From assembly GCA_026770705.1 (NCBI GenBank), contig JANJGN010000131.1, positions 682,001 to 746,000 on the forward strand: a stretch of 64,000 nucleotides of DNA, given 5' to 3'. A program made the position numbers and the translations under genes. The notes below the pieces were generated by a model, which was given only the letters and a program-made list of their open reading frames with translations, did not search any database and had not been told where the DNA came from. Shown piece by piece: positions 38,130 through 51,109 of this stretch; the first letter of the stretch is position 1; every line of letters starts with the position of its first letter. This DNA is from Isurus oxyrinchus. Taxonomy: Eukaryota.

Positions 38130-38365
38130 GTCTGCTCTGCCCCTAAATACAATGCTCTCTGCCCTGTAAATGGAATGATCTCTGTCCCCTAATACAATTT
38201 TCACTGTCCCCTAAAACAATGACCACTGTACCATAACCATAATGATCACTGGCTGCTAAATACAATCTTTGAATGTCCCCTAACTACAATGATCATCTTC
38301 TCCTAAGTTCAATCATTAATGTCCCCTGAATGCAATCTTCACTGTCCCCTAAAAATAATGTTGAT
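38130..38365. repeat. Minisatellite of about 23 bp (tgtcccctaaatacaatgatcac)
   Basis: About 10 degenerate units; cccctaa…caat at about 38140, 38186, 38208, 38277 and 38346. Confidence 0.8.
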
Positions 38366-41300
38366 TCACCCATAAATTGAACAATGCGCTCTCTGCAGGG
38401 AACATTTGTCAGAGCTCCGCAAGGGATTATTTAGAAGTTTACTAGAAAAGCATCATATTACCGCTGCTTTAAATGTTATTTATAGATAATTATTTTAAAA
38501 TAGACTCTGCACAGTCACAGGCCCCTGTGTACTGTACCCAGTTCGGTGAGTATGTTTTTGTCAAGGAGCTGGTGATGCGATTGATAACTTCCAGCGTTTT
38601 TTCTTTTTGTTGCTTTATGAGATTTTCAGATTTATTTCCATGTTACATAGTTGCCTTTGAATTACTTTCATCTTTTTCAGCTTGTGATTACTGGCTCTAA
38701 TGGCTTAATTACAGTATCACTTTTTACAACCAACGCTTTGTTCAAATAACTTAAGTGTAAAAATTACAGTAATCAGGGATACAAGCACATCATTAAACCT
38801 AAATGAGATACGGACCAAGGTGTGGCTTAAAACAGAGCAATTCTATTTCATTGATTTATTAACCTCTGTTTGCTTTTCTACATATAATTTCCAATCCCTG
38901 TTTTGTAGACTCCGGCCGATCATAGAAAACACACTAATTTAAATCATGAAGTCTTCTTAATTTCACAAAGTTCAAATGAACATGTAATTAAGAAAATACT
39001 TTGAAATGGAAGTCGATCTGTAAGTTTACTAAGCTAGATATCGGGCATTGTTGTTTACGTGTCGTCTCAGAGGTGAAACATAATTGTTACATGTAACTGC
39101 TAACCAGACCTCCACTTTAATAGCAATTTCTCAAAATGCACAAATCCAACCAAGAGGATAATTACTTTTTATTTTAAGTTTCAGCTTCTTGTTCCATCGC
39201 TAGAACTCTCGTTTTTAAAATTTTTTTTATGTATTTGTAAAAAAGTGTGACACATGTTTTGTGATGGGTGTCCTGCAACATAAGTGCATCGGTTCCAAGA
39301 CTAACAGCAAATATGCAAACGGAAATGGTAGGTTGTTTGATAGTGACAGAGAAACTAACCAATCAATATGGACATTCATTTTGAGTGGAAAGGTTCGTCT
39401 CTTTTAAAGATAACAAGTTTATTTAATGTCAGGAGATCTAATTGTTCTAAATAAACATCAAAGAGGTATTTGAACTTAATCATTATTTAATTGTCATTGG
39501 GCCAGTTTGGTGCAGGTCACTTTCTAGTTGTGGACAAAAACGCCCAACACTTTAAGATTTTTTTTTTCGCGGTATGGCCAAACCTAACTCTGAATGGTGA
39601 TAGAAACCTGGAATATTGGCTGAACGGTACAATTCAAAATATGATTATGTCAGCCTGTTGCCTGAATTCTCTCTGGGGCAGATCTCATGCATCCGCATGT
39701 GTGTGAAGAAGACTTTACAGGATCGACAGAGCTGACTGTCTTTTTGTTGTTTCTGGTGCTTAGCTCGATGCCGGGTGTTCCATCGGTTCTATTTTCAAAC
39801 ATTTTCTCCCGCTTGCTAGGCCAGTTAAGGGGGAAGTTGTTACTCCACTGCATCTCCCTGGGCGTAGCGTCACATAGAGGCCAAACTTGGGGAAGACAAC
39901 TGAATTCCTTCATGAAAGTAAGTGAATGAAACGGATTGTGCTAATTCATGAGAATTCTGTAGTTTCATGGTCATCATTCATAATTGCTCTTTTTTAATTT
40001 TCAGCTTACTTTCGTGAACTGAATTTATGTTCATCAGTTGACGTGGTGGGATATAGATTTTCGTCCCTGAATCACTAACCTTGCGTTCAGATTTACTAGT
40101 CCATGAACCTGAGCACTATTCCAACATACATCAAGGCAATTGTCTACCAACGAGATATAGAGACTAGGGTTCAATTGAAAATATCAAAACTGAGATTGAT
40201 AGGATTTGGTACCATCTGCTTTAAACTAAGGTGTCCAAATGGAGACATTCTGCATATTAGCAATGCACTAATTGAAGGACAGGGAAGATTCCCGGACCAG
40301 AATATCCTTCTCCTTTTGCTATGGGTCAACAACTTCGGGATAGGATCCAAAATTGCACTGGTAAATGCATAACTGAAATCAGAAACCAGATATAGTCAGC
40401 AATTTCTGCAAAGCAGCGAGAAGGGAACAAGGAGGCATGGAACAGCACTAAGCAGATTGGAAAAATGGTCGCCAGTATAGTAAGTATGACTATATTTCAA
40501 TAGTGTGACAGCAAAAAGAATGTGATGCACACTGGACAGAGAGTGCTCCAATGCAATGGATGTGGACAACGTTTTAACTAGTTAGCACAGCATGAATAAA
40601 TAAACGCATCACACCATTCACAGTGGGGAGAGGTCTTGCACGTTTTCAATGACTGGACGAAGTTTCAACAAATCATCCAACGTCAGTAGCACAAGGATGC
40701 GGTATACTGCGAAACATTGCAAATGAGGACACTGTAGGACGGGACTTGCTTCCTCAGCCTGCCTGCTAATTAATCGATATATTCCCACTGAGAAGAAGTC
40801 GTTCACATGCTGCATGGATTAGGGAAGATGTTAACAGTTGTTTCTTCTTCTCACAGTCCGTTATGTTCAAGAGGTAGACGTGGGAAAAACCTTTCAAATG
40901 ATATGTAGTTGGCGAGTGACTCAGTCGTGCATTTCAATTGCTGACAGATCAGTGAAATTTCAAGTAGCAGCAGAATTTCAACTATGTTCTTACTAAAGAT
41001 GTTAATCACATCTGGGGTTATTTAATAATCTGGACAAAGGGCATATAAAGCGAAGGCTAATGCATCAGTTTCCACCTCGACATTGAAAGACCTTTCGAGG
41101 TATAACAAATAATTACTTCCTTACTCACGATCTTCCGCTGGCAACAGTGACAAATATTGAGACCAGTGCCACATTTTGCATTTGGGGAGCAGGGGAACTG
41201 CCATACCCCAAGCGCATGTGCAGTATTCACCCGAGATTGGGATAATGATCTGTTGCAATGAGTAGCCAATAACTTCTCTGGCGTGAGATTTTGTGGCTAT

Positions 41301-42069
41301 CAGGATGGCAAGAAATGTGTTTGTGCATGGTCAGTGGGGAGCGGCAGTGCTGTAAAGTGTGGCGAGTCATTCAAAAGCTCATTGGCTTTGGCAGAACCAA
41401 AAAATCTCGCCGCCGAGAGGGGCCATAAAATTCTGAATTTGCCATTACATTTGATGAGTGATTTTTAATAATTCTGTTGTTCACGATTGATGCCCGTTGA
41501 AAATAAGACACTGTAGTTAGACTCGATTTATGCTGTTTGATAATACTGGAAATGTCATCGTAATTGTCCGATTGAAAGTGTAGAAGGTGAATTACTGTTG
41601 TTCATTTTTTCCTGCCCCTTATTCCTATGTTTAATGACAAGGGTTAGCGAGTGTGAAGCGGTGACTAGTGAGTTGAGAACAATGCATGGGAGCAGCATTT
41701 GTTACCGTTTCAGAACGCCTTTTACCTATAAGGTATAAACCACACAAAGCAATAACATTGAGGTTCCTACCTTAAATTGTTAAATTTTGGTATCTAATAT
41801 CAGATCTAAGCCGGACTCTCTGTCTCCTACATGGATTTCCAAGGCCATGGCGTCTGGTGTGGATGTACCAGGCCCCTGCTCGCACGAGGAAGACAACTAA
41901 AAACTAACAGGGAGCAGGCAACGTTCTTTATACATTGTTAAATTCACACGGAGGAAAAGGGACTCAAAGAAAATGACGCTGTTTCCGGGAGACAAAACTT
42001 TTGTGTGAGATAAACAAAAGCAGCAATGGATGGAACACTCATTATGACTCATGTTGAATTTTATTTTTA

Positions 42070-42980
42070 TCATCTTTTAAATAATTTTACAAGCAGATTC
42101 AATGGGAATTTCACACCATTCTTTAACTCTTCTCTGAATTTACTCTGGGTCCCTGCATAAATAAACGGATTGATGCAAGAACTCAGGAGCTGAAGCATAC
42201 GTGCGCTTTCCTCCATAAGAAAATTTGATTCATTGAAATTGGTAGAGTCTGCATAGCTAAGATTCGCAATTCGGACATAGAGGAAGTTTATAAGTCTTAA
42301 CAAATGTAACAGGATGAAACTGCCCGAGATACAGAAGAGCAAAACGATGGACTTCCTTCTTTTCTGCATCTCTGGGTCACTTTGATTCTCTCCATTGCTC
42401 TGGATCCGGAGTCTCCTGCGGGCTCGACTGGCCGCTACAATGTGTCTGATGGTCAGAGCATTGAGCAGTAAAATAAGGAAGAAGGAGAGGCAAAGGTTTA
42501 AAACTGCGATTATGCTTTCATAAGCGACCCATTCAGGTGCCGTATAAAATATTGATTTTGAATTGCATTGCCAGGGTATATTGTCAATTATAAAGGCAGG
42601 CTCACACATAAAATACAAGGGAATGCTTTTAACGCAGTTAAGTACAGAGACAGTTGCTATCACCGCAGCCGCCATTTTCTTAGTGCAATATTTAATTTTC
42701 AGCTTCTGGCAGCAAATGGCTACAAACCGGTCAAAGGTGAAAGCCACTGTTACCCAGACAGAAGAATCGATGACTCCATAATTTAGCACAAGTCTGAGGC
42801 TGAAGACCGGAGTGATGGCCAGGAGACTGAACGGGAAATAAATACCTATAATCTGGTTTAATATCACAACTGTGATCCCGACAAGAAGATCCGTCACGGC
42901 CATGGACATCAAATAGTAAGTGATACATTTGGAGAGACCGCATCTTCCTCGAATCAGTATCACAATCACGACCAGATTAG
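42070..42980 (-). CDS. GPR139-like GPCR C, exon 2 (open reading frame intact)
   Basis: Acceptor gctgtcacag; ANLVVIVILIRGRCGLSKCITYYLMSMAVTDLL…SSVWVTVAFTFDRFVAICC…DPEMQKRRKSIVLLFCISG…LLSSCINPFIYAGTQSKFREEL…*; seven hydrophobic segments, DRF and NPxxY present. Confidence 0.93.
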
Positions 42981-44227
42981 CTGTGACAGCGAAACGCAGC
43001 CAGCAAATAGCCAATTTTGGGAAAGAAATTTAGAACATAAAATGTTGGAAATTCTCAGTCAGGCAGCAGTTGAAAAGAGAGGAACAAGTTAGCATGTCAG
43101 AAAGATGATCTGGAGGAAAATATCCTAAAACACAGCAATCTGTTCTGTACTGTCAGCAACACTAAGGGCTAACTCAAGGTGAACATTGAACGTCCTGCAT
43201 TGTGACCCTGAAATACAGTCAATGTTGTTCTCATTCAACGTTTAGAGACGGGAAAATATAACAATACTCTGAAACATTGGAAAATCGAAGGTTAACAAAT
43301 ACATTATAGAGCTTGAAAAAAGTTCAGCAAAAAAAAAGCTACTACTTAACTGAAAAGAATATGAAGGAGATGTGATGCATCTGAGTTGTAACAATTCGAA
43401 GTTAAAGGAACAAGGCTTCACAGCCACGAGTAAAACTAATCATGCTTACTATGGCTCAGTTTACAGCAATCTCACTTTTGAGTCAAAAGGTTTAGCGTTC
43501 AAGCCCAACTGTTGGACTTCAGCAACGTTGTACTGCCGGATATGCTATATTTCAGCTAAAACAAAAGACTGAGGACCGGTCGTGAATACAAAATCTTACT
43601 TAAGAAATAGCTGTTATTCACATTCCAGCGCAAGGAGCAATATATGCACATGGCAAAGTGAGGTAATTCAACAGCTGTGTCAATAACACCATAGAGCTAC
43701 ATTTACAGCGTGATAAATCAGCCATGGTGACAGTGTCAATAATACAATTGATTTACATTGCACTGTGATATTAGTGTGCTAAATACTTCACCCACATTAA
43801 TAATGACAATAACAACATCTAATTACGTTTAGACTGAGAGGCGGCACTGCTAAGTTGGCAGAAAAGTTTTATTTAAAGAGATGAAATGGCATTGGCGAAG
43901 CAAACATAGTAATCCCTGAAATGGAAGTAAGTATAGTGGCAATGGGAAGAAACTGTTCTCGTGAAGGGGAGAAATTGTAGCCTTAAAGTGGAGAAAAGAG
44001 ACCAGTAATGACCAGTAATATTGCAAGGAAAGGGAAGGTTTAATATCATTTAAAAGAAGAATGCACCAAACGTGGAGATAAGGATACTGCAAAAAAGGGA
44101 AAACATTATAAAAAAAACAAATTATCCTGTTAATGGGGTGAACCATAGAGAAGCAGTACAGCTAAATTAAAGAAGTGATAGAGTGAAAAATGATTCTGGT
44201 AACTGGTAACTAACCCTAATACTTTAC

Positions 44228-44306
44228 CTGGAATACCGATAGCTGCAAGAACGGGATAGTAAATGGCGAACACCAGACCTTTTGGTATCCCATGCATTTC
44301 TCTCAT
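44228..44306 (-). CDS. GPR139-like GPCR C, exon 1
   Basis: (MRE)MHGIPKGLVFAIYYPVLAAIGIP followed by G|gtaaag, phase 1; spliced product 326 aa from the ATG at 44297, or 329 aa from 44306. Confidence 0.9.
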
Positions 44307-44344
44307 AAGCTCCAAGTGCGCTCTGTGCTACACCGAAAGACTTT

Positions 44345-44415
44345 TAGATTTATACATGATGTCGGACTCTAGGGAGACAATGAGAAGGTTTGGCTTTTTA
44401 CATTAATTACACTAA
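44345..44415 (-). promoter_or_regulatory. Putative core promoter of GPCR C: TAATTAAT, O/E-like TCCCTAGAG, TATAAA
   Basis: TATAAA 44349-54, TCCCTAGAG 44367-75, GTAATTAATG 44401-10; aligns with 25730-25800. Confidence 0.55.
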
Positions 44416-45049
44416 CTGAAAAAAACATTTTAGTGCAGCTGCTGCCGCGCTCCCATTTATGTTTTTGATGGAATAGAATCTGTTTTCAAGGACACTGGCA
44501 CGGCTCCAAATTGAAATAATCAGACAGGAGAGTACGGTCCAAGTTGCATTTTTTCCTAAAATTTAAATAACAAGCCAAATAAGCGATTGTAATTGTGAAA
44601 GTGAGCACTGTGCATGAGCATCCATGGCTTTAAACCCCGCAGGAAAACATTACAAAGTTCTCACTCTTGATCATTTTTCAGCCCGTGTGAACACGGATCA
44701 CGTGTAATGTGGCTCCCTTTCCCTCCTGGAATGAGGAACCAATCAGTAGCCATCCACCCTCAGCCTCTCTGCCTGCTTGGACGTCAACTCACGACGAAAA
44801 CTCTGTAAATGAAACGCCAATGCTACGGGTATTGGCTTGCGTCCTATTTCTGTTTGGCTTTTGGATGGATTTGTAGCAGAATTATTGATCCAGTCCCACT
44901 CAAGCACCTCCATCACACTTTTGCCTGGTATATTCATGACCAGATCAGTATTGATCTCGTTCAACCCCTGAACTGGAAAATGAGGTTACGTTTGCTTTGG
45001 AATGTAACCCTCCCCATGCACTTACTTGCTCCATGTTTGAAATTTATAT

Positions 45050-46310
45050 TTTCTTCTGCCACTTTGATGTGGACACATCGGGGAATTGGCTATGGCCCAA
45101 TATTCAACAGAAGTTCACCAACAACCAGTTATCTTGAATACACATCCATGCACATCGTTTACTGGAAAGGCTCTTTTCTGTTCTCTCAGAATCTCAGTTT
45201 CTGCTGAATATGTTCGATTATCCCTTCTAGCTTTCTCCAATAGAGCTTCCAATGACTTCAGCCGAGTATTTCCAGCGCACCGTGGTTGACAGAACCCAGT
45301 GCCGTGCATGTAACATGTCTCACACTTCTGCTTTCACACCTTCCCCCCCTCCAGTTTCCACAATAGGCTTCTCCTTGCCCTTGCATACCATTCCACACAT
45401 CTCTTGTATCATTTCGTCCACCTCTGCATTTTCAAACTCATCCGGCATGTTGTCACTGCCCAATATGCCCAACTCACTTCTACTATTTAACATTGAGAAT
45501 GGGTCTTTGCTCCACTCCGCACTTGTCTCCTCCAAAGTCAATCCAACCCCTCCTTTTCCGAAGAACGTTCCCATGCACGCAATGAACATGCAACGCCAGC
45601 CCCTGTCTCCATGCCCTTCTCTCTGTCCTACGTCTCAAACAATGCTTCTAAATGGAAAATCGATTTGTTTGAACTTCTGTCCATTGAGTATACCCTGTTC
45701 ACTGCTCAATATGCAGCCTGCTCCACATTCTGGAGGTTAAATGTAGATTGGTGATAATTTCTCAGGTACATCCATTCGGTCCACAAGTGTGATCTTCTGG
45801 TCACTTGTCACCCTAATTATCTGTTCCATTCTCACTTTGACATGACTGTCATTGAACCCTCCTACTGCTCCAAGGAAATGGAACCAGTGCTCCAGGAGTA
45901 AAATCTCATATTTCCTTAAGGCACTTTCTAGGCTTTTGGATTTTCCATAAATTTCAACAAGCGTGATCACACCCACTGCATTTTTCTTCCTTCTTTGCTC
46001 TTTGTTATTGCGTTGGGAAAACATCTCTTGATTTTGATTCTGTTATAAACAGTTTGCCGTCTTTTAGACATTCCTCTTCTGCTTTTCCTTGTTCCACTTT
46101 GACTTCCACCATCACTGCTTTTGTCATTTGATTTTTCCTGTTTTCCCATTTACCAGAAGCATCTCCTTTTGAACATTTTTCCCCCAAAACCGTCTTTTGC
46201 CTCTACACTTGCATTAAAACTGTTCCATCTGTAACTTTTGACTGATTTGATGAAAGGTCACATGTTGCCGGATATCTTGAGTATTTCCATTGTTTCCTGT
46301 TTAATTCCAT
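45050..46310 (+). mobile_element. Old, decayed Penelope-like element (RT C-terminus, GIY-YIG and pLTR remnant)
   Basis: Residual matches to Penelope ORF 3' motifs (ttccagcgcaccgtggttgacaga; tgttcactgctcaatatgcagcctgctccacatt; aaatctcatatttcc.taaggcac) and a pLTR-like end (tgatgaaaggtcac…tgagtatttcca). Confidence 0.55.
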
Positions 46311-47544
46311 TCAGGATGTTTACATTCAGTGTAGAAATGTGCAGCTCGGCACGGTTATATTCACAGTGCGCACGCCTGGTTTGGCATGGTTACTTCCATT
46401 GTGGACTAGTACAATTCAGTTAGTGTAGCCATGTCAATCCCGGCAATAACGAAAGTGCACAGGTGTGTGAATTTACATTTTGTGTGGCAAGATCCAGTTC
46501 AGGACGTGTGTGCTTGGTGTTTTCAGTCTAAGCTCAGTCCACTCACATTCAGAAAAGACAACTTCCTGTTGAGCATGATTAAATTAATGATGGAGCGCTC
46601 CAAATCAACATGGTTATATGCCATGTAGAAAGTCCTGTTCAGCTCGTTAGCAATCACTGTTTAGTGGAAAACCAGTTTAGGGGATTATCACGCTGGTGTG
46701 ACTGTCCAGTTCAGTAAATTGCATTCACTGCATTCAGGTTAAATTGTGCACAGCTCCACTCAGTACGAACAGGCCAATTTCTATCCTGTTACACTGAATG
46801 TACATGGACGACTTTTTGCCCGATTATTGTCAACTTTGTCCAGTGGAACACAACTACGTACAATGTGCACAGCCCCGGCTGTGAACACTTTCTTTCTTGT
46901 AGTGGAAAATTTCACTTCAGCGTGATTACATTCCATATAGAATAATCAATTTCATTACTGCTGTATTCGATGGAGACAGGACTGGCCAAGCATGGTTATG
47001 TTTCGTGTAGATTTATGATTGTCTGCTCGGTGTTAATAAATGTGTACATGGACATTTGCATTCAGACTGGACTGGTTTAGTTCTGCATTCTTACTTTTAA
47101 TTTGAGCTTCTGTGGTTCACTGTGGTGGACAGTCCCAATTGATCACTGTGAACCTTTTAATTTCCCAGCAGCTATGCTTCGTGTGCAGATGTCTTGATCA
47201 GTGAGGTTACATTCAATTTGCGTAATTGCAGTTCTGTAGCATGATTTTCAGTGCAGACTGTTCTCGGCCGGAGAGATTTTATTCATTGTGATTTTCCACA
47301 CAAAATCTAGGTCTATTGTTACTGACAAAGGAAGGTTCATAGGCAAAAGTATCAGGGGATGAGGAGGTTCTGGAGACTTTGGAATTGTCTTCTCCAGAAA
47401 ACAAGAGTCGGCAGGGGCACTAAATATATTCAAGGCATAGTTAGACAAATTATTGATCGACAAGAGATCCGATGGTTACTCAGTCTGGCAGGAAAACGGA
47501 GTTAAGGCCAGGATTACATCTGTCATGAACTCCGATGGGTATTA

Positions 47545-48390
47545 CACAGCGTTGACAACAAAATGCATCTTAGGAGAATTGAATGGAGCAGTTAACAGCA
47601 GCAACAGAGTTAAAAGTGCTCTTCATAACAGTTAATCGATTGCAACTATTTGATAAATTTACGAATAAACATGTGGAGGGTAAACAAAAATATGGAAAAC
47701 TACATACCACTATCATTTATAGCTTCACGCCAATTAGAAAATATGCTGATCTGTAATGGTTAAGCTCAAATCGCCACAAAACAACACCCTCCCACAAATT
47801 ATGTTCCTTCTCCCACAGTTTGCTCTTTCAGTTATCCAACAACAATCCTTCGCAATGTCCTCTTCTTAACCAAAATATTTACTGTATCACATGGCTTGTT
47901 TTTGGCAGCACTTTGGATACAAAACTTACTGTTGCTTCCTTTTGAACCTTCTAAATACGGTGAAAAGCTGAGATCCAAATACAAATCGTGCGAATCAGCT
48001 GTCACCCCTGTCAATTGGACTGTATTCACATTACCGATCAACAAATTAAATGAGCTTTGTACATACCACAGCCATCGCGAGTTAAATTTATGTCGATATC
48101 AATTTAAATTAACATCTAGGCATGTAAAATAAATGACCTGTTTAACTAAGAAATTCTGGTTTTAATGACATTATTGAAGTAACAATTAAACTACATTGTG
48201 CAGCATTTGTATCATTACCAAAACGTCCGTCAACACAAGACACAGAAATCGCGGACACACATAAAACAATCTTGAATGTTTTGCTGTTGGAGGACAGCCA
48301 AACATCCGGAGAAGCTAGACAGTAAACATCTGACCCTCATGCTTCACAGTTGAACAAACATTGAAAAGACCTAATTCCGGAAAAACAAAA
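47545..48390 (-). repeat. Copy 1 of a duplicated unit of about 850 bp, possibly a decayed leader plus V-set Ig-domain exon
   Basis: Colinear with 49421-50285 over its full length; minus strand shows ttgacag|..VTADS.DLY, LEGS and INDSGM*FS. The duplication is certain; the Ig-domain reading is tentative. Confidence 0.8.
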
Positions 48391-48429
48391 CGTATAATTC
48401 AGATTCAGAATGTTTCCGTTTCGTATTTT

Positions 48430-48586
48430 GAGTGGCTCAGGAAACTGACAGGAAAATAAACAGCCGTAAACCAGCTTAATACCAGTGTAATGATAATAAC
48501 TTGGAGATCTGTCACCGCCATGGACTCTGCGTATCTGGAAAGACCACATCTTCCTCGGGAACGGATCACGATAGTCAACAAGTTAA
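48430..48586 (-). pseudogene. Truncated GPR139-like exon 2 fragment D (TM1-TM2/ECL1 only)
   Basis: (CT)n…cccttacag acceptor, then VNLLTIVIRSRGRCGLSRYAESMAVTDLQVIIITLVLSWFTAVYFPVSFLSH; homology ends abruptly and there is an internal deletion of about 3 codons. Confidence 0.85.
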
Positions 48587-49420
48587 CTGTAAGGGAGAGA
48601 GAGCGAGAGAGAGAGAGAGAGTGAGGAGAGAGAAGGGAAGAATTAGTGCTGAATCTCCCAGCTACAACGTCCTTTTGGCGGGAGAATGGTATGGCACATG
48701 GACCATCAATACTTCATTCAACGCTGGAACTGATTACTTTGCCAATGTATTAATGCTGGTCCATTTTTTATTTATATTGTCGCAGATGAAGTGGAAGTCG
48801 GAATATAAAATGACACAAAACACTACTTTCCGACTGATGTAAATTTTATGTAATCTAGAAGTAGAAGGAATTGATCTTCATTAAATTGACAAAAGGACAA
48901 CCTGAGAATGGCATAAAAATACAGATAAAAGCTCAGTACATTTATTCATTTATAAATACAGTAAATGATAACATTATGAAACGTTAAACCGCTATAACAA
49001 TGAAAGCAATCGAATGACAGGACATAAGATATGGGTAATAACGAATTCCTAATAAATATCAGAAGGAACCAAGGTACGATCAAAAAGAAAATTTGGACTT
49101 TGCCCCTGTGGAAGCAAGTCAAAGCGCATCAGAGGCTTTTTTGCAGTTCAGTGATTGCAGTAGTGGAAGATCAGGTCTCGCAGCAGTAGTGTGGATTTTC
49201 AACTGATAAAACAGCAAGGCCTTGGCTTAGAGCCTCGTCAGAAGGACGACAGAATAGACAGTGCTGGACAATCTCAGGGGCATGGAGCTCGGCTATGGAC
49301 ACGAGATCGGAAGTAGGGATCAAACCCAAGGCTTTCCGAATGATCACTGAGGTTTCAAAATTTAGTTGAGCTAAATAAAGTGGCTATGAGCATAATGAAT
49401 TCCGGCTTCGAATGTTACCA

Positions 49421-50285
49421 CACAGCCTTGACAACAAAGTGCACTTCTAAAGAGAATTGAATGCAGCTGTTAACCGCAGCAACGGAGTTAAAAATGGTCT
49501 TCATAACAGATCATCGACTGAAATGATTGATGTTAAAGTTACGCAATGCAAATCGAACAGCAATAAACATGTGGTGGGTAAACAATAACATGGAAAATAC
49601 TTACCACTATCATTTATAGTTTCACGCTAATTAGAAAATATGGTGACGTGCAATGGATAAGTTTAAAGCGCAGAGAAAAAATCTCTTCCACAAATTGTAT
49701 TCCTTCTCCCACAGTTTGCTCATTCAGTTATCCAACAACAACCCTTCGCAATGTCCTGTTCTTCTCTAAATTATTGACTGTACCACATGGCTTATTTTCG
49801 GCAGCAATTTGGATACAAAACTTATGGTTGCTTCATTTTGATCCTTCTAAATGCGGTGAAACTCTGAGGCCCACATACAAATCCTGCGAATCAGCTGTCA
49901 CCCCCTGTCAATTCAACTGTATTCGCACGATCCATCAACAAATTAGATGAGCTTTGTACACACCGCAGCCATCGTGAGTTAAATTTACATCGATATCAAT
50001 GTAAATTAATATCTAATCATTTAAAATAAATGACCCGTTTAATGAAGAAATTGAGGTGTAAATTACAATATTGAAGTAACAATTAAACTATACTATGCCG
50101 TATCTGTATCATTGCCAATAATCCTGTCAACACAAGAAACAGAACGCCTGGGAACTCATAAATCAGTCTTGAATGTCTTGCCATTGGAGCGCAGCCAAAA
50201 ACCTGTAAAAGCTACATAGTAAACATCTGACCCTCAAAGATTGACAGTTAAGCAAAGGTTGATGAGAACTAATTCCGGGAAAAAA
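49421..50285 (-). repeat. Copy 2 of the duplicated unit
   Basis: Colinear with 47545-48390; minus strand shows PQSFTA, LEGS, AMWYSQ and INDSGKYF in shifting frames. Confidence 0.8.
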
Positions 50286-51071
50286 ATATGTAGAATACAA
50301 TGAACAATGCCAGATAGTACAGGAAGCTACAGAGACAAGACGCATGCCCCTGTAAAAGCCATTACCCAGACACAAAACTAGAGAGACATAGCTCAGCCAT
50401 CTTTAGGATACAAAGGGTTGAGTTATGAGAGAATTCCCTTGAAAAGTTAAGACAAATGTACACTGTACTATTGAGAAATTATATTGGATTTTAAGAATAA
50501 CTTCTTCAAATCAATATTTGTTTGAATATCCAGATTGTTCAATGCAGTGGATTTATAATTTTATGCTATCTTACATAGGATTGCTAGGTTATATTCGATG
50601 ATATAGTATTGATATAGATATGAGTTGTAGCCTCATACTGAAATTCTCACGAACCCACATATAAGTAACAATATCATAGAAATTGTAAGTTTGGTTTCTA
50701 AGTGCGGATATTGGTAAACGTTTAAAGAGTTTTTTTCTTACTGTAATATACCTGTAGTAATATTCTACCCTGGTATAATTTTTCTGGTTCGAAAACTCTG
50801 AGGAGTGAAGATATTTTATTTCGGGTCCACGTTTATAGCTCGTAAAGCTGACTATATTATTTTAATGATCTATTTCTTTCTGAGATGAGGTTTTAAGCCA
50901 ACAATAACATTCAGTGGGTTGGTTTAACTTTCCGTGTGGTAAAGTGAGTAAAACCATAAACAGGCAGCCATAAAACCTCTTACCAATTTCTTTATAATCT
51001 AATTTACATCATCATCTAAAATCGACTTCATTAATTCTTCTTTGTAAAGATAGGGTATTAATAGAAGATGA

Positions 51072-51109
51072 CGTTTTTGTACAGCGTTCTCGCTCCTTGC
51101 TACACTGTG
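51072..51109 (-). other. Recombination signal sequence (22-bp spacer, 23-RSS class)
   Basis: CACAGTG-22 nt-ACAAAAACG immediately after …TYFCAV. Confidence 0.92.
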
